DNA from: the human T2T-CHM13v2.0 reference genome, Homo sapiens
Assembly: GCF_009914755.1 (NCBI RefSeq)
Contig: NC_060942.1
Reading direction: 5' to 3' (one strand)
Length of the DNA stretch: 64,000 nt
Position numbers and translations under genes: made by a program. Every line of letters begins with the position of its first letter. The stretch's first letter is position 1. The notes under the pieces are model-generated. The model made no database searches. It was not told the origin of the DNA and saw nothing but the letters and a program-made list of their open reading frames with translations. This document shows positions 25,319 through 39,486 of the stretch, piece after piece.

Positions 25319-25438
25319 CAGCTTAAAAATTTTGGAAAGCGTGCCCTGGGCATCGACTCCCTTGAATCCCTTGTGAGCCGATTTATAGTCGGACGCTCTG
25401 CCTCCGTAGCCAAATCCTGGTCTCTGGCCTTCGGCCCC
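25319..25438 (-). CDS. MBP: MBP classic exon 6
   Basis: TTGCAG|...|GTAAGG, 120 nt, [40 protein letters not shown]. Confidence 0.97.
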
Positions 25439-28400
25439 CTGCAAGAGAAGACCACGGAGCTCAACCTCCACCCGCGGTGCTGGGCACGCTGCTTGAGCCA
25501 CTGGGAGCTGCCACCAGGGCCCCGGGGAAGGGCCCAGGCCCCGGACTGGACTGGTGAGTGGTTCAGGAGCCACGGGCCAGCACCACGCTGAGGGGGTGGG
25601 GGCGGGAGAGGCTGCTCCCCCAGGTCTACCAGGGTGTTGGCCGCAGAGAGAGGAGGGCTCTGGTTTGGGCGGAGGCTCTCTCATGAGATATGCGGCCCAA
25701 CCACACATATTTTAAGGATCTAAGTCGTTTAGGGAACAGTTGCTTACCTTCACGCTGTGGGGTGTTCAAGAGAAGATTAGCAAACATCAAGCAAATCAAG
25801 GTAAGGAGGCTCCTGCCTACACGGGTTTGGAGGACTCGGACCCTGGGGGGCTGTGCGCTGTGTAGGTGCCGGTCCCCGGAGGCCCCGGCCTGCGCCTTTG
25901 CTGGGGGCTCCTTTTGCTGATTGATTTGCACAGATTGGATTCTGGTCACATGTGCCCTGTGGTTCTAGGATCTGTCTGGGAGATCAAGAGTCCTCGGCCT
26001 TAGTAAAATGTCGAGCCTCGTATCTTTTATAAGGTTTTGAGACAAAATCCTGAGCTCTCTCCCAGGGTGAGCAGGAATCAGTCTCCCTTGGCCATAGCTC
26101 GGACTGGGAGCAACAGGAGGCCGGGGCTGCTGAGCCGGACAGAGGGAGGAGGCAGGCCTGGCTGGCACGGGGGGCGGCCGCATCCTGGCAGCAGCGGGAC
26201 AGCGTCTCAGCTCCCCCACCTCCCAGTCCCCTAGCACCTTTCTAGCTCATCCGGCTGTGTGGCCTTGGGCAAGGGCAGGAACCTCTCTGAGCTTCAGTTT
26301 CCTCATCTACGCAATGGGGCTGTGCGAGAACACAAGCCGTTCATGGAGATGCCACTCCTCAGGTGGAGGCTGCCAGCTCTGGGCTTTGGTGCCAGCTGTC
26401 ATTTATGGAAGAGCAGGCCGCCCTGCCCTGGCCTCATCAGCCCCAGCAGCCCCTCTGGCTTCCTCATGGGCCGTGTGACCGCAGGGGCTTCCTGACACAC
26501 ATGGGTGCGAGTGTCCCAGGACCAGCCTCTACTTGCTACTGTGCTGTCTTCTCGAGTGGGAACTCCACTGCAAACATGGGGAGGAAGGGAAGGAGCTCGC
26601 TGTGGGAGTCTGGGCGCGGTGGACGTTAACAATGGGGGGCGAAGTGTCCTCCCACGGTGGGTGCACTGTCTGTGGGAAGGCTGACCACGCTGTTAGCTTT
26701 TCAGGGATCTTGGTTGGCCTCCTGAGTCTCTACTCAATGGACAGGGTCCAGACTGCACTTTACATTTTGCCAACAAGAAATGGGAGACTGTCCTTGAGCC
26801 CTCTCCTGAAGACTTGAGGGAACCAAACCAGACTGTCCCTCCTCTATCAGCCTGCAGCCTTTCTTCCATTTCATTAAAGTGTTTTAGGACAGGGAGGACC
26901 TTGACCAACCTAGCCCATCTCTTATTTAGAGGTGAGGAAGATGACACCAGAGGCCTCAAGGCTTCCAGAGCACCTGGCTGCACCCTCAGCCTCTGCTGGG
27001 GGCTTCCCACCATACAAGCTACTTGCACAGTTTTCTTTTCATTCAGCCTGTGCTTGGGAGTGAGCATGGCCACTCAGAACCAGGCAGCTGCTTTCGTGTG
27101 AACAGTTGATTCGGGGGCTATCCAGTGAGGTGAGGGACGGGATGTGTGGCAAGAAGGTCTAAGCACTGCACACGAGGGGACAGCCAGCCTCGCTCTTGCG
27201 TCCTAGAGGTTTCCAGGTTCATGCTCACTCCCTGATGGCAGAGGGCAGGTTGCCAGCCTGGCTCTACATGGCAGAAAGCCACTTCCCTGCAAGCGTTAAG
27301 TCCTTCTGTCTTACTCTATTGCTTTTCTCCAAAAATAAAGCATTTTTGAGAGCTAAATCCGGGGATTGACTTTCAGATTAACAATCTGCGCGGCCTTTCC
27401 TCCTTTCCAATCCTTAGTCATGTTTATCTTTGGGGAACCTAGAATGTACCAGGAAACACACAACACAGCTTAGAAAGAGAAAGTGGGGGCTCTCTGGAAC
27501 TCCAGACAAGGAGAGAGTCCTGCGGCTCTGGGAAACAGACAAGCAGACAAAATGCAGAGAAGGATTTTGCTTTGGAAAAAAGAGAAATTCAACAGACATT
27601 AGTAGGACCCAAAAGGGAGAGATGCAGGGAGGAATGCAAGGGTCTTTCTTGTTAGCTGCTGGGGCAGAACGGCCTGTGTGCAACCCCCCATCGCTCCACA
27701 TTCAGGGAGGATCCGGCACGACGGCCCCAAAGTCCACTCCTAGAAAATTAAGAGCAGATAAAGCAGTAGCTAAAATAAGATTTCTGGGTCAAAAATGAAT
27801 TTCATTCTTCTATCATCTTTGTCTCCTGCTGGCATAGAAAATAAAAAATTAATTGTGAGTACTAGTCCATGTACATTTGCTACATGATTGTCATCGTTTT
27901 GCAAATTCATTAGGTCAGAAAAAGCAAGTCAAATATGCATTAATGGAAAACGTTTCGGTAAATATCTTAGTTCATAATTCAGTGTAATCATGTGTGGGAC
28001 TGATCTGGGATCCTCATGGTCTCTCAAGTACCCTGCCCCTTCCTCCCTCTCTTCCTTCCTCTTCCCCACCTTCTGTTTTCTTTCCCTGTTCTTTCTTCCT
28101 GTTCTTTCTCCTTGTTGTTTTTCTTTTAAAATGTATTCATTCATTTATATGATGCTTATTAATTGAGCAGAAAGTGTAGGTAGGCTCTGTTCTAGCGTAT
28201 GAGAGCATTGCAGTTTCGGAGACAGACACAACCTATCTACAATACGTTGGTGGTTATTCCTCCATTTTATTCTAAAATTATAACTTTTATACAGTAAGAA
28301 TCATATCTGGTATTTGCTAGTAACTAAAGTCTGTAAGTTTGGTTAGAATATAATGATTGGCATTTTAATTTGGCTCAGACACCAAATTTTTTCACTAGAA

Positions 28401-29038
28401 AGTTCAAATTGGCCATTTTAAACCTTCCTTGAAAGTTTGCTTTCAGTATTAACCAGCCTAAAATTCCTAAGGAAGATTTTCTGGATGGCTTGATATCTAT
28501 GTTTTAATTATTATTTAAACACATACAAAACAAAAATCTTTGGATTAATGAGGTTATTATAAATCGAGCAACTCTATTTAGCCTCTTTTTCTGTTCATCA
28601 GCAGAATCATTTTCCCAGTGTCAGCATCTGGGGTCACTGAGACGGGCCAGCCAGTCCCACTTCCACATGCGGGTTCCTGGGGCTTCTCGCACTGGTTGTG
28701 TTGGAGGAAGTTAAACATTTTCTCGGACGTGGTGTTGCTCCCTCCCTGGGAGGGAGACCAGTCACGTCGCCTGGGAACCCTCTGGGAGAAGAGGATCTGG
28801 CCTTGCAGGGCTGGGTCCCCGGCACAGAAGCAAGAGACCAGACCTTCCGGAAGGGAAGACCACGTTTCATTTCCCCAGTGGAAGACAAGGCGGCCCGATC
28901 CCAGCTGTGGGCAGAGAGGTCTCGAGAGGAGAGAAAAGGAGGCCAGGAAGCAACCGAAACAGAGCAGAACACAAAAGTTGCGGGGCTGTGAGGACTGGGA
29001 CGGAAGAGGAAGCCGATGGAAGTGCGTTCGTCACCTAC

Positions 29039-29071
29039 CCAGCTAAATCTGCTCAGGGACAGTCCTCTCCC
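29039..29071 (-). CDS. MBP: MBP classic exon 5 (alternatively spliced)
   Basis: TGCAG|...|GTAGGT, 33 nt, GRGLSLSRFSW. Confidence 0.96.
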
Positions 29072-29420
29072 CTGCATGAGGAAGACAGAGAAATAATGAC
29101 ATGGTGGTCAGTGAAGGGAAAGTCCTTTCAATCAACAGGAAACACAGTCAAAGCACAGTGGAGCTGAGGTGGTAAAAACAGGTTCCACCCGGAGCTCCGA
29201 GGGGGGCCGCAGGCTCAGGGCCACAGCGGCTGTGCAGGTGCGGGAGGGACAGGAGGGGTGCATGGATCTGCCGACCTGTTCTACTTGGGAGCTGCCTGGC
29301 AACACGTTTTGGGATGGATTCTGGTAGCTCGGAGCCTAACTCTCTCTTTGGTACATTATGGGATTTTAGAGAAGGTCTATCAGAAAAGTGATGATCAATC
29401 AAAACATTCCAAGGTCTTAC

Positions 29421-29456
29421 CTTTCCCTGCGACGGGGGTGGTGTGCGAGGCGTCAC
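29421..29456 (-). CDS. MBP: MBP classic exon 4
   Basis: TTCCAG|...|GTAAGA, 36 nt, VTPRTPPPSQGK. Confidence 0.96.
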
Positions 29457-30499
29457 CTGGAAAGACACAGAGAACCGTGGGCTGCACTGGGAGCCCTGTG
29501 CCGCCGTCCATTTCCTAACGGGCTCCTGCCTGCTGAGGGTGGCTAGCATCCATCAGCTGCCAGAAGCACCCGGGTGCCCAGCCTCCCCACTTCTGTCCTA
29601 GTTGGTGAAGAAGTATAGACCTGAGATTGAAAATATTCTAGATGATGCAGATCTCCCAGAGCACTCAGGAAGTGTTTCAGAGGATGGAAAACACCTCCCA
29701 GAGGCTCCGTAGCTGGGGAATGGGCCCATCTTGGGACACTGAGGGAGGCGGCGGACTTTGCTTCACCGTGAGCCCTTTCCGGGGCTAGGAGTAGCGGGCC
29801 CTCTGACATTCAGAGCTTCCAAGGGGATGTCCCCAGGTCTGCAGCTCCTAAGTGCACTTATCGAATACGAGCATAAAATGTCTGCTGCACTGAGATCTTG
29901 GAATTAGAAGCCTGTGGTTTTGTTCTTGTTTTTAATCGTCTTCGTTTTGCATGGCACTTTTCGGTTTACAGAAAAACTGTGCAGAAATTAGTTTCCACAT
30001 ACCCCGAACAGTTTCCCTTATTAGCAACACTGCCTTAGGGCTCTCTCGGTGCTGTGCACGCTGTGGGTTTGGACAAGTGCGTGGTCTTCAGTCACCATGG
30101 CAGCCTCGACAGAGCGGTTTCGCTGCCCGAAAAATGCCCTAAAAATGCCCTGTGCTCTCTCTGCTGCCCCCTCCGCTCCCAGCCCATGGCAAGCACTCTC
30201 CATAGGTTGCAAAGCCTGTGTTTTTAGGCTAAGCGTTACATGGGAGCCTAATCTCAAGAGAAGTGAGCTCTCTGGAGAACGCACGGAGCGCACGGTGCAA
30301 TCCGTGGCAGATACAGTCGGGAAGCGCTTGCCTGGAACTCGCGATCAGGTGCGAGGGGGGAGTTCCCCGGCCGGCCTCACCCTGATGATGACCCCGGTGC
30401 CACCCCCGAGCGTACGAACGTCCTGTGTGGATGACAGCAGTGGCCAGCACCCCTCCTCCCCCTCACAGTTGCTACCTCTTCCCATCGATCGTCACTTAC

Positions 30500-30604
30500 A
30501 ATGTTCTTGAAGAAGTGGACTACGGGGTTTTCATCTTGGGTCCGGCCGTGTGACTTCTGGGGCAGGGAGCCGTAGTGAGCAGTTCTTGCCGGGTGGTGTG
30601 AGTC
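30500..30604 (-). CDS. MBP: MBP classic exon 3 (contains most of the immunodominant [15 protein letters not shown] epitope)
   Basis: TTTCAG|...|GTAAGT, 105 nt, [35 protein letters not shown]. Confidence 0.97.
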
Positions 30605-30690
30605 CTGAAACACAGAGGCGCGGTGACCTCAGGACAAGTCCACAGTCCCTGCGGCTTGTCCTCCTCAGGGAAGCTGGATCTCTCCTCCTT

Positions 30691-31223
30691 TGTAATCTGG
30701 ATTTTTTTTTTTTTTAACAGTCAGGAATACTTTATTAAGGACTATTGTGATAGATGGTATCTAGACTATCACAATGGGGAGAGAGATGGGCTTCAACTCC
30801 ACGAACAGTAAGAACAAGTGGAGATTTGTAGCAAAGCAGCAGGTGAGGATGGGGTTGGGAGGTGAAGAGTTAGAGGGGTAGGAAGGTGGGATGGTGTGCA
30901 TTGCTCGGTGGGTGGAAAATTACTAAGAAGAGACATAAAGGGTAGGGAGGATTCTTGCTAAACTGGCCTAATATGATTCTTGCAGAAGGCAGGCCAAGAT
31001 GATCCTATATCACTCAGGGGATGGTGAGGGATGAGGGATTTGATCAGATTTGGAGGGTGATCATATATCAAGATTGGGAAGATCCTGTCTAAACTAGCTT
31101 AGCAGGATTCTTGGTAAAACTGGACTAGGCAGGCTTGAGGACAAGGCCCATGGAGGAGGCTTAGTTGAAAAGAGGGCTTAGAAGAGCCTGTCTAAAGTTC
31201 AGTCAAGGAGAGTGTCTTTGTCA
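30691..31223 (-). mobile_element. ERV1-class solo LTR (MER39/MER34-group-like)
   Basis: Minus strand starts TGACAAAGACACTCTCCTTGAC and ends ...ttaCA. 4-bp TSD (cctt on +) on both sides. Internal AATAAA at 30736-30731. Subfamily uncertain. Confidence 0.7.
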
Positions 31224-32691
31224 CCTTTTAAACTTTGTCTATGCAAATTAGGGTGTGTGTGTGCTTGTTTGTGTGTGCGTGTAGGATGGTAGGTTGACAG
31301 GTGTACAACTAGTGATCTGGATTTTTTAAGGGCTTCTACTAGGAAGCCACAGATGAGCCACCAGACACACCTGGGGCAGCTACGGGCTGGCAGCAGCGGG
31401 TTTGGGTGTGCGACTTGCTGGGGAGAGATTTCTATCACCGACTCAGTGTGCAGCTCTCCTGAAGGTGAACAAGCAAATAGAGGGGAAGTGACGGTAATTC
31501 AAGGGGGATTCCATCTGAGATAGGGTCAGGTTGGGCAAAGCACTGAGAGAAAAATATTACTTATCCCCAGGCTTCTGGGCTGAATAGAGGAAAATGCTCG
31601 GGAAATACACACAGAAAAACACACAACAGCATGAGGCAGGCAGCTCATGGGCTTTGACGCGGCTGCATAACATGAGCTGGTCTCTGCTTCTCAAAGTAAG
31701 TGTCTCACGCCACACTGACACCGGGCTGATTTGGGAATATCACTTCCACATTTTGAGTAAGAGGAAGCGGAGAGGGAAGAATGGCTGGGCATGAGTGCCC
31801 AGGGCCAGCTGGTAATCAACAGAACCAGAACACTCCAGGTCACTGGAGATCGCACAGAAGATACAGAGTGGTAAGCACTGCGAGAGGTTAGCTCACAGTG
31901 GAGGGAAGGGAAAAGCCATGAGCGCCCGGGGGCAGGGGAACACAGGGGACACGGGGGCAGGTGACACAGGGGACATAGGCGACGCAGGGGATGCTGCGGC
32001 TTTTGCAGACTTCATGCATTGTCTGCTCGGCTCTCAGCTCAACTGCAAAGGCCCAACAGCGGTGAATGCGCACCAGGCAAGAGGGCTGATTGTGAGTTCT
32101 CAGAAAAGCAAAGGAAAGGGACTCGGGGGAGCTTGCGAGATTGATTTTGTCAGTTTTCCCCTCGCTTTCTCACTGCTGCTCCCAGATGCTACTTGTTCAG
32201 AAATAGCCTGCATGTAAAGAGCCCACACCTCAGGCAGGAATGAATTTCTGGAGGTCAGAGGAGCTCTGGCCCCAGGCATGCTGGCTGCGCCCCGTCGACA
32301 CAGAACGCAGCGGAAGCAAATCAGTTAAATGCACGGAAGTCAATTGAAGTATTTCCCTCCAGTCTGTCAGCTCTATGCACATTGATTGGGAGGACCCCTT
32401 GTTGTTCAGAAGACAGTTTTGCCACCAAAGGCCTAACTCGCCCTGAAAAGTGCGCTTTTCTGGGATTTATGGTAGTGCACGGAATGGTGGAATTCAGTGG
32501 GTGACAACTGCATGCTGCAGCCACAAAGGACAATGTTTGCAGAGTGTGCTGCGTTTCGCCCAGCACCGACATTGTTCACCTCTGTGTCTGAGCCCAGACG
32601 GGGGTCTCCACACGGCACACATCAGGTCTGAAGTTTTGCTGGCACTGGACTCTTTCCTCTGCCCTCCTTCCCTACTCGATCCTCTTCAAAG

Positions 32692-33028
32692 CAGTGGTTC
32701 CCAACCTTTTTGGCACCAGGGATGGGTTTTGTGGAAGACAGTTTTTCCATGGATGGGGGTGGGTAGGGGAACGTTTTTGGGATGAAACTGTTCCACCTCA
32801 GATCATCAGGCATTAGATTCCCATAAGGAGTGCACAACCTCGATCCCTCGAACATGCCATTCACAGTAGGGTTTGCTCTCCTATAGGAATCTGGTGCCGC
32901 TGGCCTGACAGGAGGCAGAGCTCAGGAGATAATCTCACTCGCCCGCTGCTCACCTCCTGCTGTGCACCTCGGTTTCTAACAGGCCACAGAGCGGTACCGG
33001 TCCAGGGCCTGGGGGCTGGGGACCCCTT
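32692..33028. mobile_element. hAT-Charlie DNA transposon (MER1B-like)
   Basis: Ends cagtggttcccaacc... and ...gctggggacccct form TIRs. Internal ccacctcagatcatcaggcattagattc. Imperfect 8-bp TSD cttcaaag/ctttaaac. Confidence 0.85.
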
Positions 33029-33814
33029 CTTTAAACGTTTCTTGCCCTCACCCCCAGACTACTAACAGCTCCCCTGCTGCCTGTGAGGCTCCCTGCCCTG
33101 CCCACCCTTCAGGGTGAAGCCAAAGCTCTTTGTCCCCTGGGCCCTAACGTGGTGAGGCTTCCTGTCCACCTTCCCAGCATTCAGCACCCAGAGCAGAGCA
33201 AGCTTCGGGAAACAGAAGCAACATGGATGTCCCTCTCCTTCCAGTGTCCTGTGGCCGCCCTTGCCTGCAGCAGGAGCCCTGTTATTCTGGGTGCTTCTGA
33301 GGGCCCTTCCCTCTGGCTGCAGCCCTGCCAGGAGCCAGAGCCCCAGCCCCAGCTCTCCTCCCACTTGCCCTGGCTGCTGAGCATCCATCCCCTGCCCTGG
33401 GCTGTGCCCCTATGCCCTGGCCCCGACCATCTTCCATGTGGATGGGCTGTGCATCCTCTGCCCTGGGCCTTGTGCAGGGTCCTTTCTGTCCACAAGGCCC
33501 TTCCTTCTCCCATCTGTCTGAAACCTCCGCAGGGCCCAGGGCAAAGGCATCTCCCATGCACAGGGCCTACTCAGCACTGCGAGCTCTGTTTTCTGCACCC
33601 CTTGCTCGTGGCCTCCCCTGTGACAGAGTTGCAGGCACAGCAGGGCGTAACCATGAGCTGCTTGTCCTTCTCTGCACTGGGCCTCATTACTTCCCAACTA
33701 AATGCCAGGGGCCAGGCATGGTCCACGTTCTGAAAATACCACAAAAGTGAAGCAGACAAAATTCCTGCCTGAGAGGTTTTGAATGCATGAGGAATGAAAG
33801 AGGGATCCCATTTT

Positions 33815-34113
33815 AGCTGGGTGTGGTGGCTCGTGCCTGTAATCCTAGCACTTTGGGAGGCCGAGGCGGGCAGATTGCCTGAGGTCAGGAGTTCGAGACC
33901 ACCCTGGGCAATATGGTGAAACCCCTCTCTACTAAAATACAAAAAATTAGCCAGGCTTGGCGTCGTGTGCCTATAGTCCCAGCTTCAGGGGGCTGAGGCA
34001 GGAGAATTGCTTGAACCTCTGAGGCGGAGGTTGCAGTGAGCTGAGATTGCACCACTGCACTTCAGCCTGGGCGACAGAGCGAGACTTTGTCTCCAAAAAA
34101 AAAAAAAAAAAAC
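33815..34113 (+). mobile_element. Alu (AluS-like)
   Basis: Full Alu with poly(A) tail and TSD gatcccatttta. Confidence 0.95.
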
Positions 34114-35559
34114 AAAAGATCCCATTTTATCCCTTGGATTTCTTAGTAATCAGCAACTCCATATTTTCCTAGTTGTTTTTCCTATTTTGTGCCCTCGTTG
34201 GTTAACGATTCTCATTCCTGATGAGACTGTCAACCTCCCTCAGGCACAGAGCGCAGCTCCCATACTCTTCACAGAAGGCCACTGGCGCTCTGCCTGTGGC
34301 CGGCGCTTCATGGCGGGTACCCCTCTGTTTACTGACACCTCCACCTTCTCACACACAGAGGAGTGGAGTTTGCACGCTCAGTTTCCTCCCAGGCAGGTGC
34401 CGTGGGCCTTTGAACGTGAGGATGTCAGAAGGGCCAGGAACATCGGAGTCCTAGTAGAAATCCCTGATTCTTCATATTCCAACTCATTCTGTCTATGAAT
34501 GCTGCAAGAACTCAAGTAATTCTCTGATTCTCCTTGTGTCATGTAATATTTTATCGAATGCTTCTCTGCGTTCAGTGACCAGTTGTATTTAGTCACCACT
34601 AACCAGCCTTGTACGTTCTTCTCCTCCATGAGAGGGGGTGTGAAATCGTGAATCAAAAAACAAAATGGAAGAGACGGGAAACTCTTTAAACTGTAAGACG
34701 TACATCTTTAAGTGCTGTGTCTACCAGACGAAGTTACTTATTAGCTCCTACTCCAGTGGCCTGAAATCACTGAAACAGCTCACAGTCCAGGGCAAGCCAC
34801 ACCGCCTCGGTGTTTGGATAGCATTTCTCCATTTCTCTACATGCTGAACTTTGGTTTTTGAGTCACATAAACATTTCTGGCCTTTAAATCACTCATCCTG
34901 TGATTAAACTAGAAAAATGACTTAAACTTTTTAAGTTTCTAAAGAAAAAACTTAGGGTTAGGTTAGGTTTCTAAAGAAATGAATGCTCAGTCACGCTATG
35001 CAGATCTCAGAGGATTTTACAACTTACCATGCTGTCAGAGATTCAACGGAGCATTACATAGATAATGCTTCACATGTGAATTATGAATACTTGCTTTGAA
35101 TGATAAAAGAAAAATGATATATTTTTGAAGGTGACTGTTATAATGAATATATTGATCACTACACTGGTGAGGAAAAGGTAGTTTAAATCTTTTAAGGTAC
35201 ACATGATGTTGGTAGGTTTTATTTGAGCTCTTGGAGCTATTATCGGGGGTCAGAAATGTCTATGAAAAAGGCAGTTGGTTTATTGGTGGTCCTCATACAG
35301 AACAAAGAATGCAGTGAGCAGCAACTGTTTGTTGAATTAACATGTAGGCTGTTTAGTTCACTTTTAATACAGAACTGACACTGGTCTTCAGTGAATGGAA
35401 TAATTTTCATAGGATCATACACATTTTTTGGTTATAGATGCATTGAAGAGTGACTGAACTAGGGCTTTGACTTGGGCTTTTAGCCATAAATCATCAGTTG
35501 CCTAGATAATTTGAGGCAGTCTTATATCTGTATTGTTATACCATAGTTGTAATGACCTA

Positions 35560-37420
35560 TCACTAAAAGGACATTTAGTCAATTATATATCTACATCCAA
35601 GTAATGAACAATTAAAAAACATTAAAAATTATTACATATAATAGCATCAAGGAAACAAAATATTAGGTATACATTTAGCAAAAATGTACAGAACTTTAAT
35701 GCTAACACTAGAAAATGCTGGTGGAAGAAATCAAAGTGAACTTATAGAGAGACATACTATGTTCATGAATTAGAAGACTCAACATAGTAAAACTGTTGAT
35801 TCTTTCCCCAAATCGATCTACAGGTTTAATGAAATTCCAAATCAAATTCCAGCAAAGTTTTGTTTAGCTAGAGACAGGTGGATTCTAAAACTGTATGGAA
35901 ATCCGAGGGAGCAAAAATAGCCAAACAATTGTGAAAAGGACACATAAAGTGAGAAAAACACATTACCTGGTTCTAAGATTGACTATGCAGCCATGGTAAC
36001 TGAAGACCTGTGGTGCTAGAGGAAGGACAGGCACCTGGATTAATGGACAGAATGGAGTCCAGAGATAGACTCACCCAAATCTGACCAGCCGATTCCTGGC
36101 AAAGATCATTCAATGGAAAACACTGTCTTCTCAACAAACAGCATTGAAGCAATTGAACATCCATATGTTAAAAAAAACAACGACCACGAAAAACCACTTT
36201 AACCCAATCCACACCTTACACAAGATTTAACTCAAAATAGATCATAGATCGTTATCTATGATGTAAAACTATAAAATTTTAGAAGCAGCCATAGGAGAAA
36301 AACCTTCATGACCTGTGAGTAGACAAGTTCTTAGACCTGACACCAAAACATCATCTATAAAAGGAAAAAATGGATAAATTGGACCTCATCAAAGTTTCAA
36401 AACTTTTGTTTTACAAAAGACACCATCAAGAGAAGAAAAAGACAAGCTACAGACAGGGAGAAAATATTTGCAAATTACGTATCTGACAAAGGACTTGAAA
36501 GCAGAATCTGTAAAGGGCTCTCAAGACTCAACCAGAAGAAAACAAACAATTTGGTTTAAAAATGGACTAAACCCTTGAATAAACACTTCAGCAAAGAGGA
36601 CGTAGGGAGGGTGAATAAGCAGATGAAAAGATGTTCAGCATCATCATTAGCATCAGGAAAACACAAATCAAAACCGCGAGGGGATACCGCACCGTTAGAA
36701 TGGCTGAAATAAAAAATGCCAACATTCCCAAGTGCTGGGAACGCAAACTGTCACTCCTTGAAACAATTTGGTAGTTTCTTAGAAAGTTAACCCTATACTT
36801 ACCATATGACCCTGTAATTCCATTTCCTGCTTTAAATACTAAAGGATAAATTACATGCTTTTGGAAATGGCTTCTATAATGAATATATTGGCCACCAATC
36901 TTTTGAGGGAAAAGTAATTTAAATTTTAATAAAAACTTATGTTTATACAATAACCAGTACATGAATGTTCATAGCAGCTAAACCCACTAGATTTCACTAA
37001 AACCTTCAAACAACCTGAATGCTCTTGAGGGGCTGAAGGGATAAACACACTGTGCTGTATCCAGGCATGAAATACTGTTCGGCAATAAAAATACAAACTC
37101 TTGTTACAGGCAACAGCTTAGAGGCCTCTCCAAGGAATCTTGCTGAGTAAAAGCCGCCATTCTAAAAGGTTTCATACTGTGTGGTCTTATTTATATGACA
37201 TGCCGGAAAAGGCTGACCTATATTGGGGGAGGTCAGAGCTGGGGGGCAGGGAGTGGAGGGAGGGTGCAGTGTGGACCACGAGGGAGGGGGACGTGGGAGG
37301 ATTTGGGGTTGTGTCCTTATTATGGCGCTAGCTACACAAATCCATACGTGCATCACAACTCATAGAAGTGTACCCCCAAAGCAAGCCCATTTTGTTCATT
37401 ATTTTGTGAAATAGAATATA
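35560..37420 (+). mobile_element. Old LINE-1 (L1M) ORF2 3' part and 3'UTR fragment
   Basis: Degenerate L1 motifs: agaagactcaacatagtaaa, gagaaaatatttgcaaattacgtatctgacaaagg, ccatatgaccctgtaattcca. Confidence 0.8.
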
Positions 37421-38128
37421 GAATAAGGCCATTTAACATGAGCTGTCATTGTACAGCCAGAGATGGAATTCATGGGTGCATCGTATCACTGTGCAAATTT
37501 TCTGATTGGCAGTCTCAGGTCTCCCCTGAAAGTGTTGGCCTCTCCTTCCGCCTCGGGGCTCCTACTGCCTCCCCGACCTTTGCCTAGAGCGTCCTCCCCC
37601 TCCAAATGTCTCTGTTTTGGGAAAATATAGTCTCTTTTGGCTGCAACCCTCATCTGGCATTGGATTGTCCTTTTTAGCTTTCTGCAAGCATCTTCCCTCT
37701 CCAGCTAGATTTTAATCTTTCAGAGGAAAAAAGAAAAACTTCTGTGGGATCCCCAAAGCTCCCGGCATTTGACTCACAAGGTGGAGCTCAGCAAATAGAA
37801 AGTGACCAGAGGAACAAAAGCCTTCCATGGCAGCCTTGTGAAAAGAGCTTGCTGCAGGGAGCTGGGAAGCTCCAGCCCGGGCCTGACGCCACCTGTGTGG
37901 CCTTCAGCGAGTCCCCTGGGGCCCTGGGGCTTCTGGTTCCTCGCGGGTGAAATGATGGGACTGAAACAGAGAGTCTCCAAGTCTTCGGTTCTAGAATTTT
38001 ACTGAGAAGCCACCTTGGAAAAGCGGCAAAGCGTGTGAGATCAGCCTCTGGTGAGCTTTTATATTGGTTGTTTCCGGAGACTCCAGACCTGGGTTTTGGT
38101 TTATGTTCCTAAAGAGCTTTTGTGCTGA

Positions 38129-38525
<397 letters not shown>

Positions 38526-38544
38526 TGAGCCACTTTTTAAAAAG

Positions 38545-38990
38545 TAATTTTTTTATTGTGGTGAAACACACATAAAACTTACCATTCTAACAATTTTTAA
38601 GTGTGCAATTCAGTGGCACACATCACATTCGCACTGTTGTACCAGCATCACCGCCATCCATCTCCACACCCTCTCCAGCTTCCCGAACTGAAACCTGGCC
38701 CCCATGAAACACTCACTCTCCATCCCTGGCCCCAGCGTTCAAGTCACTTCTTCTCTATGAACGGGCCACCCGAGGGGCCTCCTGTGCATGGAGCCTGCAG
38801 CGTCTGTTCTCTGCGGACGGCTTGGTGCACTTACCGCAGTGCCCTCCAGGCGCTCCGTGCTGCGGCCCCCGTCAGAATCCCCTTCCACCGTTAGGCTGAA
38901 CGACATCCACGGCACCGTATGCGCGGATTGCTTTCTGCTCATCCATTCACCCTTCCGGGGACTTCTGGGTTGTTTCCACCTTCTGGCTCT
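38545..38990 (-). mobile_element. Old L1M 3'-end fragment
   Basis: ttttattgtggtgaaacacacataa...tttttaagtgtgcaattcagtggc is typical of L1MB/ME 3' ends. Confidence 0.65.
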
Positions 38991-39486
38991 AGTTCTCAGT
39001 CACCTTTGAAGTGACCCAGGCTCCCCGGAGCCACGCTGATCTGATTTGGCCATGACATTCCCATGCCCTCGTGACTCGCAGAAGAGATGCCCGAACGCCC
39101 CACCCTCCTTTCCCCAACAGCCTGAAGTGAAGCTGCCGAGGTTCCCTTATTCTTTGAAGGAATAGCAGCACGCGGCATCGGGACATTGCTGCTCTTTTGA
39201 AGGTCGACGTGCATTTACATTTATGAGATGAGACGTACACACAGTGTTAGGGTGGCTTGGCTGAGAAGTACAGCCCTGTGTCTGCCCCGCTCTCCTGTGG
39301 GTGGCTGGTTGCAGGGCCATGATCTGGGTCTGCAGTCCTTTCATGCAGCCCCTTGGCTCCTTCCTCGTTGACCCCACAGCCCCTTGCTCACCACAAACCC
39401 GGCTCAGCTCAATTGTAGAAACGCACCACCTACTCCACGGCTTCCAGTGGTGCAGGAAATGTGATAGATGCAAGGTGTCAGCGGAT

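Noticed and set aside
30702-30736. AATAAA plus A-run as a processed retrocopy tail
   Set aside because: The element continues to a CA end with a 4-bp TSD, which fits an integrase-made solo LTR rather than an L1-mediated insertion.
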